Assembly: GCA_044229845.1 (NCBI GenBank)
Contig: JBGASG010000011.1
Location: forward strand, 64,001 to 128,000
DNA from: Candidatus Obscuribacteraceae bacterium
GTDB taxonomy: Bacteria > Cyanobacteriota > Vampirovibrionia > Obscuribacterales > Obscuribacteraceae
DNA: 64,000 bases
Reading direction: 5' to 3'
Shown piece after piece: positions 20,282 through 29,676 of the stretch (within the stretch, counting starts at the first letter, position 1; every line of letters starts with the position of its first letter). The notes beneath the pieces were generated by a model. The model ran no database searches and was not told where the DNA came from. It saw only the letters and a program-made list of their open reading frames with translations. A program made the position numbers and the translations under genes.

Positions 20282-20779
20282 ATGCAGCCATTGAAAACCA
20301 TACCCTGTCCGATCACACTGGTTATCGACCACATAAGTGCAAAATGGACGGTGGAGATTTTACGCGAAATAGCATTGGGTCCGGTTCGTACGCGCCGATT
20401 CCTTGTTCATATTCCGGGCATCAGTATGAAGAGCCTGCGACAGAGGTTGCAGTCCATGGAAGATGCTGGACTGGTCAAGAGAACGCAGTATGAAGGTCGC
20501 CCTTTGAAAGTCGAGTACAGCATCACTGAAAGGGGTAAGCAACTGTTTGATATCTTCGCCGCCATGAAAAGGCTCGGCGATCAGTGGACAGGGTCTACCT
20601 GCGTGTGCTCCTTCGAGACGTGCGGCGATGCTCAATGCGCATCACGTCTTTTGTGTCCCCACCGGCGCGAACGCACCAGGCAGCGTGGCCCGTGCTCTCT
20701 TTCCCAGCCGGACTATCCCGACCATCCGAACGAGTCATCAGACCTGGGCGAAGGTCCGGGTTGCTCAGGGTGCATCTGA
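20282..20779 (+). CDS. HxlR-family winged-helix regulator with Cys-rich tail
   Basis: CPI...KWT..IL, IPGIS.K.L, KVEYSITERG. Confidence 0.85.
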   Translation: MQPLKTIPCPITLVIDHISAKWTVEILREIALGPVRTRRFLVHIPGISMKSLRQRLQSMEDAGLVKRTQYEGRPLKVEYSITERGKQLFDIFAAMKRLGDQWTGSTCVCSFETCGDAQCASRLLCPHRRERTRQRGPCSLSQPDYPDHPNESSDLGEGPGCSGCI

Positions 20780-20795
20780 GATTCTCAATGTAGCC

Positions 20796-22250
20796 TCAAA
20801 TATCGAAATTGATCGGAGCAAACTCCTTGTCGGAGCATATAGTGGGCGTGCTCGCGCTCCGGTCATCAGTATTTTGTCTGAACTGAGCCTGGAAAAAGCG
20901 CAAGGTCTCCGGCTCGAAGGTCATTGAGAGTCCTGGAATTTGTTCCGCAGTTTCACAGCACCGTTCAACGGCATATGCGACCAGATCCATATGGGATTGC
21001 GTATAGACGCGACGAGGAATCGCTAGACGCACCAGCTCCAGTTTAGGATAAATATGATCACCTGTGACTTTGCAACGTCCGGCTGAGACGACTCCACGCT
21101 CCATGCCTCGAATGCCCGAATCCACATAGAGAGCCGCGGCCAGGCTCTGAGCTGGAAATTCGCTTTGCGAAAGATGTGGCAGAATCTGTGCAGCATCGAG
21201 ATAGACCGCGTGTCCACCGATCGGAAGCACGACGGGCACACCAGCCCTCTTGAGCTTCTCTCCCAGGTATTGAACCTGTCTTATGCGCGCGCCCAGATGT
21301 GCATCATCAACAGCTTCTTCAATGCCGCGCGCCATAGCTTCCATGTCGCGTCCCGACATGCCGCCGTACGTATGCAAGCCTTCATAGACCACCGCCATCG
21401 CGCAGGCTCTCTCGTACAAGCGTCCATCTCGCAGAGCCAAGAATCCGCCAATGTTGACGAGCAGGTCCTTCTTCCCGGACATAGTACAAGCATCGGTCAA
21501 GGCGCATATCTGTCTCAGGATTTCCGCACAACTTACATTGTGATACCCCGGCTCTCGTTGTTGAATGAACCAGGCATTTTCCATCGCGCGTGTCGCATCG
21601 AGCACCACTCTGATGCCATGGTTTTCGCACACTCTGCGTACCGCCCGCAGATTCGACAGCGAGAATGGTTGGCCGCCGGCCATGTTGACGCAGGCTTGCA
21701 CATTGATATACGGGATGCGTTCGGAACCGACGCGATCGATCAGCGCCTCGAGCTTATCGATGTCGATGTTTCCTTTGAACAGATGCTCGCTGGTAGGGTC
21801 GTGGGCCTGATCGATGATTACGTCTTCGAAACTTCCCCCGGCGATTTCTTGATGAGCACGGGTGGTAGTGAAATACATGTTGCCGGGGATGACGTCGCCG
21901 GCTTTAATCAGGAGTTGCGAGAGAATGTGCTCAGCGCCGCGCCCCTGATGTGTGGGCAGCACAAATTCATAGCCGTAGTATCTGCGCACGGCGCGTTCCA
22001 GATTGTAGAAATTGCGAGACCCCGCATACGCCTCGTCGCCGAGCATCATGCCGGACCACTGATAATCGCTCATTGCAGCAGTGCCACTGTCTGTCAATAA
22101 GTCGATGTAGACATCTTCCGAACGCAAGAGAAACGTGTTGTAATATGCAGCGGCAATAGCGGCTTCGCGAAACTCACGGGTGGTTTGCTTGAGCGGCTCC
22201 ACCATTTTAATTTTGTAGGGCTCCGCATACGGTACTACATCTTGAGTCAT
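20796..22250 (-). CDS. tpl: Tyrosine phenol-lyase
   Basis: DLLTDSGT, GNMYFTTTR, MSGKKD, MERG and LRFF, the Tpl-type variants of beta-eliminating lyase motifs. Confidence 0.85.
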   Translation of the reverse strand: MTQDVVPYAEPYKIKMVEPLKQTTREFREAAIAAAYYNTFLLRSEDVYIDLLTDSGTAAMSDYQWSGMMLGDEAYAGSRNFYNLERAVRRYYGYEFVLPTHQGRGAEHILSQLLIKAGDVIPGNMYFTTTRAHQEIAGGSFEDVIIDQAHDPTSEHLFKGNIDIDKLEALIDRVGSERIPYINVQACVNMAGGQPFSLSNLRAVRRVCENHGIRVVLDATRAMENAWFIQQREPGYHNVSCAEILRQICALTDACTMSGKKDLLVNIGGFLALRDGRLYERACAMAVVYEGLHTYGGMSGRDMEAMARGIEEAVDDAHLGARIRQVQYLGEKLKRAGVPVVLPIGGHAVYLDAAQILPHLSQSEFPAQSLAAALYVDSGIRGMERGVVSAGRCKVTGDHIYPKLELVRLAIPRRVYTQSHMDLVAYAVERCCETAEQIPGLSMTFEPETLRFFQAQFRQNTDDRSASTPTICSDKEFAPINFDI

Positions 22251-23683
22251 TGATTCCGTCCCCTCGTTGTTCCTTGTGGTTTTCCTTTTACCGGCATGTG
22301 CACGCTGCGATCGCCCGCCTCCTTGCACTCAACTTTGCCTGCAGGTTCAAAATCAGCTGTGAAATGACGCAGCGGCCCGCTCTCGTTATTGGCGATTGAG
22401 AATCCGCGAATCTGGTCTCGTCGGTGAAAGACATTGATAATGGCCTCTGCCACATAGTCATAGTGTGACTCGCTGTATACACGCCTTGGCAGCGCCAGGC
22501 GCACCAGCTCCTGACGAGGTGAGGTTTCTCCGCCCAGCATAACCGTACCGATTTCGCAGGCACGGACACCGGCCTCCAGATACAGCTCGCATACCAGCGC
22601 CTGTCCAGGTAGTTGGGCGCGCTCTAAATGAGGTAAAAACTCCAGGGCGTCAAGATATACGGCATGCATCGCTGGTGGTGTCAGAGTCGGGACATCGTTG
22701 GCAACCAGTTGCTCCGCCAGGTGCTTTGCTGTTTCCCACCTGTGAGACAGGTATTCCAGATCTGTCACTTCGTCGAAGCCGACTGCAATTGTTTCCAGAT
22801 CGCGGCCGCTCAACCCGCCATAGGTTGGAAATCCTTCTGAAACAATCAGGCTTTGCTTGAGAGCTTCCGTCAGCTGTGCATCGCGTAGAGCGATCAGTCC
22901 ACCCGTGTTGGCTATACCGTCTTTTTTTGCGGACATGAGACAACCGGCGGCTGGTTTCATCAGTGCGCCAACAATTTCCTTTATAGTGTGATGGCGAAAT
23001 GCCGGATCTCTGAGAAACACCAGATAGGCATTTTCGACGCAGCGCGCCGCGTCTATATACAGCTCTTTGCCGAATGAATTCAGCAGTTTCGCGGTCGCCA
23101 GTACATTGTCGTACGATACAGGTTGTCCGGCACAAGCATTGTTAGTCAAAGTCAACATGCCGAAGGGTACTCGCTCCGGCTGATCTCTTAAGAGTTGTCT
23201 GAGCCTCTCCAGGTCGATGTTGCCGCGAAACAGCAAAGAATCAGCTTCAGCATTTTCAACCGGCAGGTCGCAAGGTATACCTGATAACCGCTGGATGTTC
23301 GCCCTAGTGGTATCAAAGTGAGTATTGCTGGGAATGATGTCTCCGCAGCGGACTTTCGCACCGAAGAAGAGACGCTCGGCCGCCCGCCCCTGATGGACCG
23401 GCAGGATATGCGGAAAGCCCAGAAGGTCTTGTGCGGCCCGCTCGAACTTGAAGAAGCTGGTGGCGCCGGCGTACGACTCGTCAGCCGACATAAGCGCCGA
23501 CCACTGTGCAGCCGACATTGCCGACGTACCGCTGTCGGTGAGCAGGTCGACGATCACGTCTTCTGCTCGGAGCTTAAACAGGTTGTATCCAGCAGTCCTT
23601 AGCAGTCTCGCCCGCTCCTCCTTGCTGGTAAATTTAATCGGCTCAGTAACTTTGACCCGGTAAGGTTCAATCACCGTCTTCAC
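22247..23683 (-). CDS. tnaA: Tryptophanase
   Basis: DLLTDSGT, HFDTTRAN, MSAKKD, CEIG, LRHFTA; GTG 23683 with GAGG RBS. Confidence 0.82.
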   Translation of the reverse strand: MKTVIEPYRVKVTEPIKFTSKEERARLLRTAGYNLFKLRAEDVIVDLLTDSGTSAMSAAQWSALMSADESYAGATSFFKFERAAQDLLGFPHILPVHQGRAAERLFFGAKVRCGDIIPSNTHFDTTRANIQRLSGIPCDLPVENAEADSLLFRGNIDLERLRQLLRDQPERVPFGMLTLTNNACAGQPVSYDNVLATAKLLNSFGKELYIDAARCVENAYLVFLRDPAFRHHTIKEIVGALMKPAAGCLMSAKKDGIANTGGLIALRDAQLTEALKQSLIVSEGFPTYGGLSGRDLETIAVGFDEVTDLEYLSHRWETAKHLAEQLVANDVPTLTPPAMHAVYLDALEFLPHLERAQLPGQALVCELYLEAGVRACEIGTVMLGGETSPRQELVRLALPRRVYSESHYDYVAEAIINVFHRRDQIRGFSIANNESGPLRHFTADFEPAGKVECKEAGDRSVHMPVKGKPQGTTRGRNQ

Positions 23684-23739
23684 AAGAAACCTCAAGATAT
23701 CCTGTGAGGAATTTTCGCGCAATAAGCCATTTGTGGCGA

Positions 23740-23755
23740 TCATCTGAAAGGTGGA
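23740..23755. promoter_or_regulatory. Palindromic operator candidate TCATCT-GAAA-GGTGGA
   Basis: Variant of the recurring motif between divergent tnaA and the TPR gene. Confidence 0.5.
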
Positions 23756-23860
23756 TTCCTCCAGGTAACCATCCTCGGACATACAGAATGAGGTTGATGT
23801 TGAGTCGCCGGCGGGTTGGAGATACTTGGAATAAGTATGCTCCCGCTTACGGTGATCAAC

Positions 23861-24847
23861 ATGGCAACGGATAGAAACTTGAGTCATATCTGGAGTGCTT
23901 ACGTAGCCTCCGGCAAGAAAGCCTATGAACGAGGTGAACTCGATGAGGCAGAACAAGAACTGGTGGAAAATCTCGAGCAGCTTGAGCACATAGTGCACGA
24001 TCGGCAGGTGGTCATCTCGGAGGTCCTTTTCCAGCTTGCCAATGTTTGCCGCGACAAGGAGAAATTCGGATCGGCAGAGAGGCATTATGAACGGGCGCTG
24101 CGCGTCAGGAAGGAAGAGTCCGGCGAACTGGGAACTCTGCCCATACTCGAGCAGCTGAGCCTGTGTTTCAATGTGCAGTGCGAATATGAAAAGGCTTATC
24201 AAACCGAAAAGTGCATCTTTAAACTCGAAGCCCTTCACGGCGTCCAAGATGCCAGAGATGGACATTGTCTCCTTCGTATAGGCATACTGTGCTTGCTGCG
24301 CAACCAGACAGACGAAGCGGCAGACAATTTCAGGCGCTATGTGCGCTCGATGGAAAAGACGCAGCCGGCAACAGATGCGACATTGCTGACGGCTCGGGAA
24401 TTACTTGCACAATGCCTGTACCAGGCTGGCGACTCCGCTGAATCAGAAAAACAATATCGGCAACTATTGCAAGCAAAGCAGTCCGGACCGGGGTCCGATG
24501 ACGATCAGACACGAAGGGTGCTGAACGGGTTAGGGCTTGCTTTGTGCGCGCAGGGGAAACATACTGATGGACAGCCTCTTTGCCAGCGCGCTTTGCAAAT
24601 TGGGGAGAAAACAGGCGGTGACTGCGGGTTGAATGAACTAGCGGATGTGTTTTGTGAGCAGGGCCAATTCGCAGAAGCCAGACCGCTTTGCGAAGCTGCC
24701 CATGATGCCGCCTGTGGTTCTTACAAACAATCGCCCGTTCAGGCGCTTGAGAGGCACGCAACTATGCTCGAGTCGGTCGGTATGACCGCCCATGCTGAGA
24801 AGTTAAGGAAGAGAGCGGCTTCTCTGACCAGCGCTCTGGTCGTGTAA
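23861..24847 (+). CDS. Tetratricopeptide repeat protein
   Basis: Repeated LA..Y..G....AE..Y..AL helices. Confidence 0.85.
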   Translation: MATDRNLSHIWSAYVASGKKAYERGELDEAEQELVENLEQLEHIVHDRQVVISEVLFQLANVCRDKEKFGSAERHYERALRVRKEESGELGTLPILEQLSLCFNVQCEYEKAYQTEKCIFKLEALHGVQDARDGHCLLRIGILCLLRNQTDEAADNFRRYVRSMEKTQPATDATLLTARELLAQCLYQAGDSAESEKQYRQLLQAKQSGPGSDDDQTRRVLNGLGLALCAQGKHTDGQPLCQRALQIGEKTGGDCGLNELADVFCEQGQFAEARPLCEAAHDAACGSYKQSPVQALERHATMLESVGMTAHAEKLRKRAASLTSALVV

Positions 24848-24983
24848 GATTCGCGACACCCGATTAAAGCAGCGCCACCTGTCTTATCCAACAGAATGCG
24901 CTGCTGAGATTGGGAGCTGAAGGCGAGCCCGAGCAAATGTTCGGGCTCGTCGCTTTGCTCGTGCGTTTTGCGGACGAAAGGGC

Positions 24984-25427
24984 TTAAGTGCATCCCTTTC
25001 GTGGTGTCATCGGCACACTGCTGCACAGAGGACTCTTTGACTCTTCGACCAAGTCATCAAGACTGACTTTGGCAAAGGCCGACTCCACCGCCAGCGTTGC
25101 TTCGGATAGTTGCCGATGAAGCGGACAGAGATTGAATCCGTGAGACTCGATTCCCAGTGGGCAGGACCTGATCCGTTCAATCGGATCGACAGCATTGACG
25201 ACATCGAGAATGGAGATTTTCTTCGCGGACTTGCTTAACGAGAAACCGCCTCCCAGCCCGCGTTGAGAATTGACCAACTTTGCTCTGCCCAGTTGCTGCA
25301 TTATCTTATTCAGGTAACCAAAAGGCACTTTGGTTACCTCGGCAATATCTTGTCCTCGGCAAGAAGCGTCCTCCATGGCCAGATAGACCATAGCCCGCAG
25401 GGCGTACTCAGCAGTTTGAGAGAGCAT
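24984..25427 (-). CDS. Rrf2-family transcriptional regulator
   Basis: AEYALRAM, SQRGLGGGF, CPLG...CPLH. Confidence 0.92.
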   Translation of the reverse strand: MLSQTAEYALRAMVYLAMEDASCRGQDIAEVTKVPFGYLNKIMQQLGRAKLVNSQRGLGGGFSLSKSAKKISILDVVNAVDPIERIRSCPLGIESHGFNLCPLHRQLSEATLAVESAFAKVSLDDLVEESKSPLCSSVPMTPRKGCT

Positions 25428-25517
25428 TAGCGACCTGTATATATGTAGACCTTGTTATACAGATTACCATGAACACTAATGTGCAGCATGGTGTAGTTCA
25501 GAATCAAACCCGCAGAA

Positions 25518-25533
25518 TCATCCTTTTGAATGA
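25518..25533. promoter_or_regulatory. Palindromic operator candidate TCATCC-TTTT-GAATGA
   Basis: One mismatch from the perfect motif; between rrf2 and rubredoxin. Confidence 0.55.
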
Positions 25534-25557
25534 GGCATCTTCTCTGTTGAATTGTAA

Positions 25558-25578
25558 AATGGATATTGAGGTCCAGAT
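25558..25578. promoter_or_regulatory. Candidate Rrf2-type operator
   Basis: AATGGATATTGAGGTCCAGAT, imperfect palindrome next to rrf2. Confidence 0.4.
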
Positions 25579-25598
25579 ATCAATAAAGGAAATAAATC

Positions 25599-25832
25599 AT
25601 GGCAAGCGGTAAGACAATTTGTACTGTATGCAACTACATTTTTGATGACACATTAGGTGAGCCCAGACAGCAGATCGAACCCGGTGTTTCTTTCGAAACA
25701 CTGCCGGCTGATTGGCTCTGCCCAGAGTGCAATTCACGCAAGGAGATGTTCCAGCCATGCTCCTGTGTCAGCCTGCACATATACGAAATGTCGTGTGTAG
25801 AGTTCAGAACTAACACAGGCGTCCAGCCCTGA
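25599..25832 (+). CDS. Rubredoxin with Cys-containing extension
   Basis: CTVCNYIFD...LPADWLCPEC. Confidence 0.9.
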   Translation: MASGKTICTVCNYIFDDTLGEPRQQIEPGVSFETLPADWLCPECNSRKEMFQPCSCVSLHIYEMSCVEFRTNTGVQP

Positions 25833-25863
25833 TTGAGCAACGGGAGCTTCGCGAGATCTGAGA

Positions 25864-26466
25864 CTAAGCGACGTCTTCAATGCCGCTTAGTCTGTCCAGA
25901 ATATTACTTCGCTCGGCGGCGGAAGTCACAGGACTCACCCGTGTGTGTGGTATTAACGGTAGCAACTTCTCCAGCTCTGTGGTGCGTATGGAAGGGGTGC
26001 TCAAGACATGGATCACAGTTTCGTCGCCGCAACGTTCCACTATCACCACCTGGCAGGAAGTATTCAACGCAAGTTCTTCTGCTAGTTTGACATTGAAGAG
26101 GCTCATTCCGAGAACGATCACATTGTCTGCACTGGCTTTCTCCGCGAAAAATTGCGCCGGTCTGGCAAGCTGAATTTCATCATCGAGCATGACGCCGCAT
26201 CCTGCAGCCCTTGCCTCCAGTGATTGCATCAATGCACGGCAAATGTCGCACACGATTTCTACAATTCTCTCGCAGCCCTGCAGATAGATTCCGCTTCCGC
26301 ATAATCCAGCGTTCCCAGAAAAACCTGTGGCGTCAAGGATGCTGTTTTGATCGACGAATGCGTAGGCTTTCAGTCCATTACCGAGTTCTTTAGAAAGCGC
26401 AATGGCAATTCGAGCGGCGTCCAAGATCTCCGGGCTACCATCGACAACCAGGCTTATGGTAAACAT
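25864..26466 (-). CDS. Universal stress protein-like
   Basis: N-terminal ISLVVDGS...AARIAI and later VIVLG...CQVVIV. Confidence 0.6.
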   Translation of the reverse strand: MFTISLVVDGSPEILDAARIAIALSKELGNGLKAYAFVDQNSILDATGFSGNAGLCGSGIYLQGCERIVEIVCDICRALMQSLEARAAGCGVMLDDEIQLARPAQFFAEKASADNVIVLGMSLFNVKLAEELALNTSCQVVIVERCGDETVIHVLSTPSIRTTELEKLLPLIPHTRVSPVTSAAERSNILDRLSGIEDVA

Positions 26467-26548
26467 ACCCCGAACCTCCGCGGTGGACAATATTCCGCAA
26501 TGCAAGCAGGCATTAACGTAACTCTAATATTTCCGGTCCGACCCGGCA

Positions 26549-26564
26549 TCCATCAGAGGGACGA
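26549..26564. promoter_or_regulatory. Palindromic operator candidate TCCATC-AGAG-GGACGA
   Basis: Variant of the recurring motif upstream of the USP-like gene. Confidence 0.4.
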
Positions 26565-26619
26565 GATTTCAGCAAGATTTCAATCGCCGATACCTACATT
26601 GGGCGATTGTCTGGGAGAG

Positions 26620-27795
26620 TTAGCACGATTCAATTTCTTTGCTGAAGCTCTCCTGCAAGATTCGTTGCTGTGCCATGGCCTGCTCGTCGCACTCGTCGTA
26701 AAGGCAAAGCGGATCCTGGGCGAGGTAATCGTCATAGCCAGCGAAGGCACGGGCTCTAGATCCTCCACAGATTACTTTGAATTTGCATCTTCCACACTTG
26801 CCCTGCAAAAGCGATGGATCTCTCAGTGCGACAAACAACGGATGGTCCCGGTATATTTCCACTACGGACTGCTTGCGCACGTTAGCGCTGCTCACAGGCA
26901 AGAATCCGCTGGGATGAACATCGCCGTTGTGCGAAATGAACAGCACGCCACGGCCATCATTAACCGACCGGTAAGCACGCAGCGCACCCAGTCTCATAGT
27001 CGGCGATAAAGTGGCGATGTCCTCTGGAACAGGAGACTCCCTGGAGACATATTCGATCAACACGCGGCGGAAAAATGGACCCGCCGTCGCTTTAACATCA
27101 AAGGGAGCCACGCAGGCCAACTTGGCCATCTTGATCATAATCTCTTCCGCTTCGACGGGTTCGATTTGCATATCTTCCGTTGCCCGACCTGTGGGGACCA
27201 GGAAGAAAATGCTCCACAGGACGGCTCCCAATCTCTGCACCAAACCGCTCATCTCATCGAATCGATCAACGTTTCCTTTCCATACCGTAGTGTTGATCTG
27301 TATGGGCAAATCGGCCTCTCTGGCAAACCCGATTATCTGCATCGACAGCTCGAAAGAGCCGCTCACTCCTCGCATGCCGTCATGACAAAGCTGGTCAGGT
27401 CCATCCAGGCTGATCGCCATGCGTTCCACTCCCGCATCCTTGATACGTTGCACCACATCCCTGCTGGTCGAAGGCGTGGCACTGGGGGTGATCGCTACCG
27501 GAAAATCTCTGTCTCGAGCAGCTTTGATGATCTCGAACAAATCGTTTCGCTGCACCGGATCGCCACCGGTGAAAACAATTAACGGGCGCCCGAATTCCTT
27601 CATCTCATCCAGAAGAGAAGTGCATTCGGCAAGCGATAGCTCTGCAGGATCGTGCGCACGAATGGCTTTGGCGCGGCAATGCCGACAGGCCAGATTACAG
27701 GCGCGGGTAAGTTCCCAGAGCACCAGAAATGGTGCCTTTTCAAAATCGACTCTGTTTTTGGGTGGTCCGGCATTTGATGCTGCAAGTCTAAGCAT
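26620..27795 (-). CDS. Radical SAM/SPASM protein, NirJ/AhbD-like (heme biosynthesis related)
   Basis: WELTRACNLACRHCRA, FTGGDP, ISLDG, GKCGRC...CGGSRARA...DPLC. Confidence 0.85.
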   Translation of the reverse strand: MLRLAASNAGPPKNRVDFEKAPFLVLWELTRACNLACRHCRAKAIRAHDPAELSLAECTSLLDEMKEFGRPLIVFTGGDPVQRNDLFEIIKAARDRDFPVAITPSATPSTSRDVVQRIKDAGVERMAISLDGPDQLCHDGMRGVSGSFELSMQIIGFAREADLPIQINTTVWKGNVDRFDEMSGLVQRLGAVLWSIFFLVPTGRATEDMQIEPVEAEEIMIKMAKLACVAPFDVKATAGPFFRRVLIEYVSRESPVPEDIATLSPTMRLGALRAYRSVNDGRGVLFISHNGDVHPSGFLPVSSANVRKQSVVEIYRDHPLFVALRDPSLLQGKCGRCKFKVICGGSRARAFAGYDDYLAQDPLCLYDECDEQAMAQQRILQESFSKEIESC

Positions 27796-29500
27796 TGCGA
27801 AATTCCTTTGTACGCAAGTAGAAGAACCAATTAAGTAGCACGCAGACCAGATAGAATGCTGTGAAGCCGTACAATGCCACTTCAGGCGAGCCCAGCTTGA
27901 TCTGCTCGCCGAATTCCATCGGAATGATGAAGGCACCATATGCTGCTACGGCGGAAGACCAACCTAAGACCGGACCGGCTTGCTCTTTACTGAACACCAC
28001 TGCAACTGTTCTGAATGTCGACCCGTTACCGATTCCCGAGGCAAAAAACAGCACCAGGAAAAGAAGGAAGAAAGGCAGAAAATATTGCTCCGGCGTTGCG
28101 GACTGATAGGCCAACTTCATGAAGTAAGCCACACCCAGACCTGCCGCTACCATGAGCACTGAAACAGCCTGTGTTACCTTGGCGCCGCCGAACTTGTCAG
28201 CCAACCATCCACCAATCGGTCTGATCAGAGCACCTATAAAAGGCCCAATCCACGCAAACATAAGGGCGCTAGGGGCATTCGGGTTAGCGATGTGCGTCCA
28301 AGCTCCGTCTGCCCCGGGCAGATGGGAAAAGCCAAAGATCAGTTTGATTGATAAGGGCAACGCTGCCGAGAATCCAATGAATGATCCGAAGGTCATGGTG
28401 TAAATGATGGTCATCACCCATGTGTGATGATTGCCAAAAATCTTGTACTGCCTGTTGAGGTTGTCTTTCAATCCAGGAAGCATTTTGAGCAAGAATACCG
28501 TGGCAAAAATCTCGGCCGGCAAAATTATCCACTTGCTGAGATTGAATCCGGCACCCGATGCAGTGGCTGGAAGCATCAACCAGAGCGCCACTGCCGATGT
28601 AATGAACCCGATGCTCAACATGAGCGATATTCGAGCAAATGCTGCAGCCGGGCTTCCGAGGCCGGGCGACACCTGCTCGTCCTTGATATTGTTCATGCCA
28701 AACCAGGAAAATATCGCCAACGGTATCAATAAGGCGAGCCATATAAATGAGCCATTAGCTATGAAACTCTCCGCGCCAGGCGGAATTTTGCCAAACAAAG
28801 TACCACTAGCAGACTTGAGGATAAGCGGTGCCTGCCAGGCAAAACCAAAAGTCATCGCCAACGGTACCAACACTTGCATGGTCGTTACACCAAAGTTTCC
28901 CAGTCCCGCATTCAGACCAAGAGAAAGCCCCTGCATCTTTTTCGGAAAGTAGAAACTGATGTTGGACATTGAGGAAGCAAAGTTACCGCCGCCAATTCCA
29001 GATAGCAATGCCATTGCCTGGAAGACCCATAGTGGAGTAGCGGTGCTCTGCAACGCAATACCTGTCCCAATAACGGGAATCGTCAATAGCGCGGTCGTAA
29101 ACCAGATTGTGTTCCTGCCTCCCGCCAGACGAATAAAAAACGTGCTGGGAATGCGCAGAGTCGCACCAGCCAGCCCGGCGATTGAAGTTAACGTGAAAAG
29201 CTGGTCTTGAGTAAAGGGAAAACCCAGATTGAGCATCTGGACAGTAAGCACCCCCCACGCCATCCATACCGCGAAAGCACACAATAAACTCGGGATTGAA
29301 AACCAGAGATTGCGAAATGCTATTGCCTTGTCGTGGGCTTGCCACTGAGTGTCGTCCTCTGGGTTCCAATTAGTCAAATTGCCCGAGTCGATGCGCGGCG
29401 CGCCGGCCTTCCCGGAGTTGTCCAGGCTGAATTCTCTTTGCTCACCACCTGCTTGATCTAGGCTTTCTTGACTCCGATGTGAGGCTACCATGAGCTTCAT
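27788..29500 (-). CDS. narK: Nitrate/nitrite transporter (NarK family)
   Basis: GIGGGNFASSMSNIS, NAGLGNFG, GIGNGSTFR nitrate signatures. Confidence 0.92.
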   Translation of the reverse strand: MKLMVASHRSQESLDQAGGEQREFSLDNSGKAGAPRIDSGNLTNWNPEDDTQWQAHDKAIAFRNLWFSIPSLLCAFAVWMAWGVLTVQMLNLGFPFTQDQLFTLTSIAGLAGATLRIPSTFFIRLAGGRNTIWFTTALLTIPVIGTGIALQSTATPLWVFQAMALLSGIGGGNFASSMSNISFYFPKKMQGLSLGLNAGLGNFGVTTMQVLVPLAMTFGFAWQAPLILKSASGTLFGKIPPGAESFIANGSFIWLALLIPLAIFSWFGMNNIKDEQVSPGLGSPAAAFARISLMLSIGFITSAVALWLMLPATASGAGFNLSKWIILPAEIFATVFLLKMLPGLKDNLNRQYKIFGNHHTWVMTIIYTMTFGSFIGFSAALPLSIKLIFGFSHLPGADGAWTHIANPNAPSALMFAWIGPFIGALIRPIGGWLADKFGGAKVTQAVSVLMVAAGLGVAYFMKLAYQSATPEQYFLPFFLLFLVLFFASGIGNGSTFRTVAVVFSKEQAGPVLGWSSAVAAYGAFIIPMEFGEQIKLGSPEVALYGFTAFYLVCVLLNWFFYLRTKEFRNA

Positions 29501-29610
29501 CCTCTAATTTGGGCGCCAAAATTTGGCAACAATCCAATTGTCCACGTGGTGGCTCAGGCAGGCATTAGGACTGCGGTTGATTTTCTGTAATCGCAAGGGT
29601 GAGAGTTCGC

Positions 29611-29626
29611 TCAATCCAAAGGTGGA
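29611..29626. promoter_or_regulatory. Palindromic operator candidate TCAATC-CAAA-GGTGGA
   Basis: Variant of the recurring motif upstream of narK. Confidence 0.45.
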
Positions 29627-29676
29627 TACCAGACAGTGCCCAACGTCTCCGGAAATAGGGCGACATTCTGAGCGCT

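Noticed and set aside
23684..24265. Apparent 190-aa N-terminal extension of tryptophanase (672-aa ORF)
   Set aside because: It is the antisense shadow of the TPR gene and covers an operator site; homology and an RBS begin at GTG 23683
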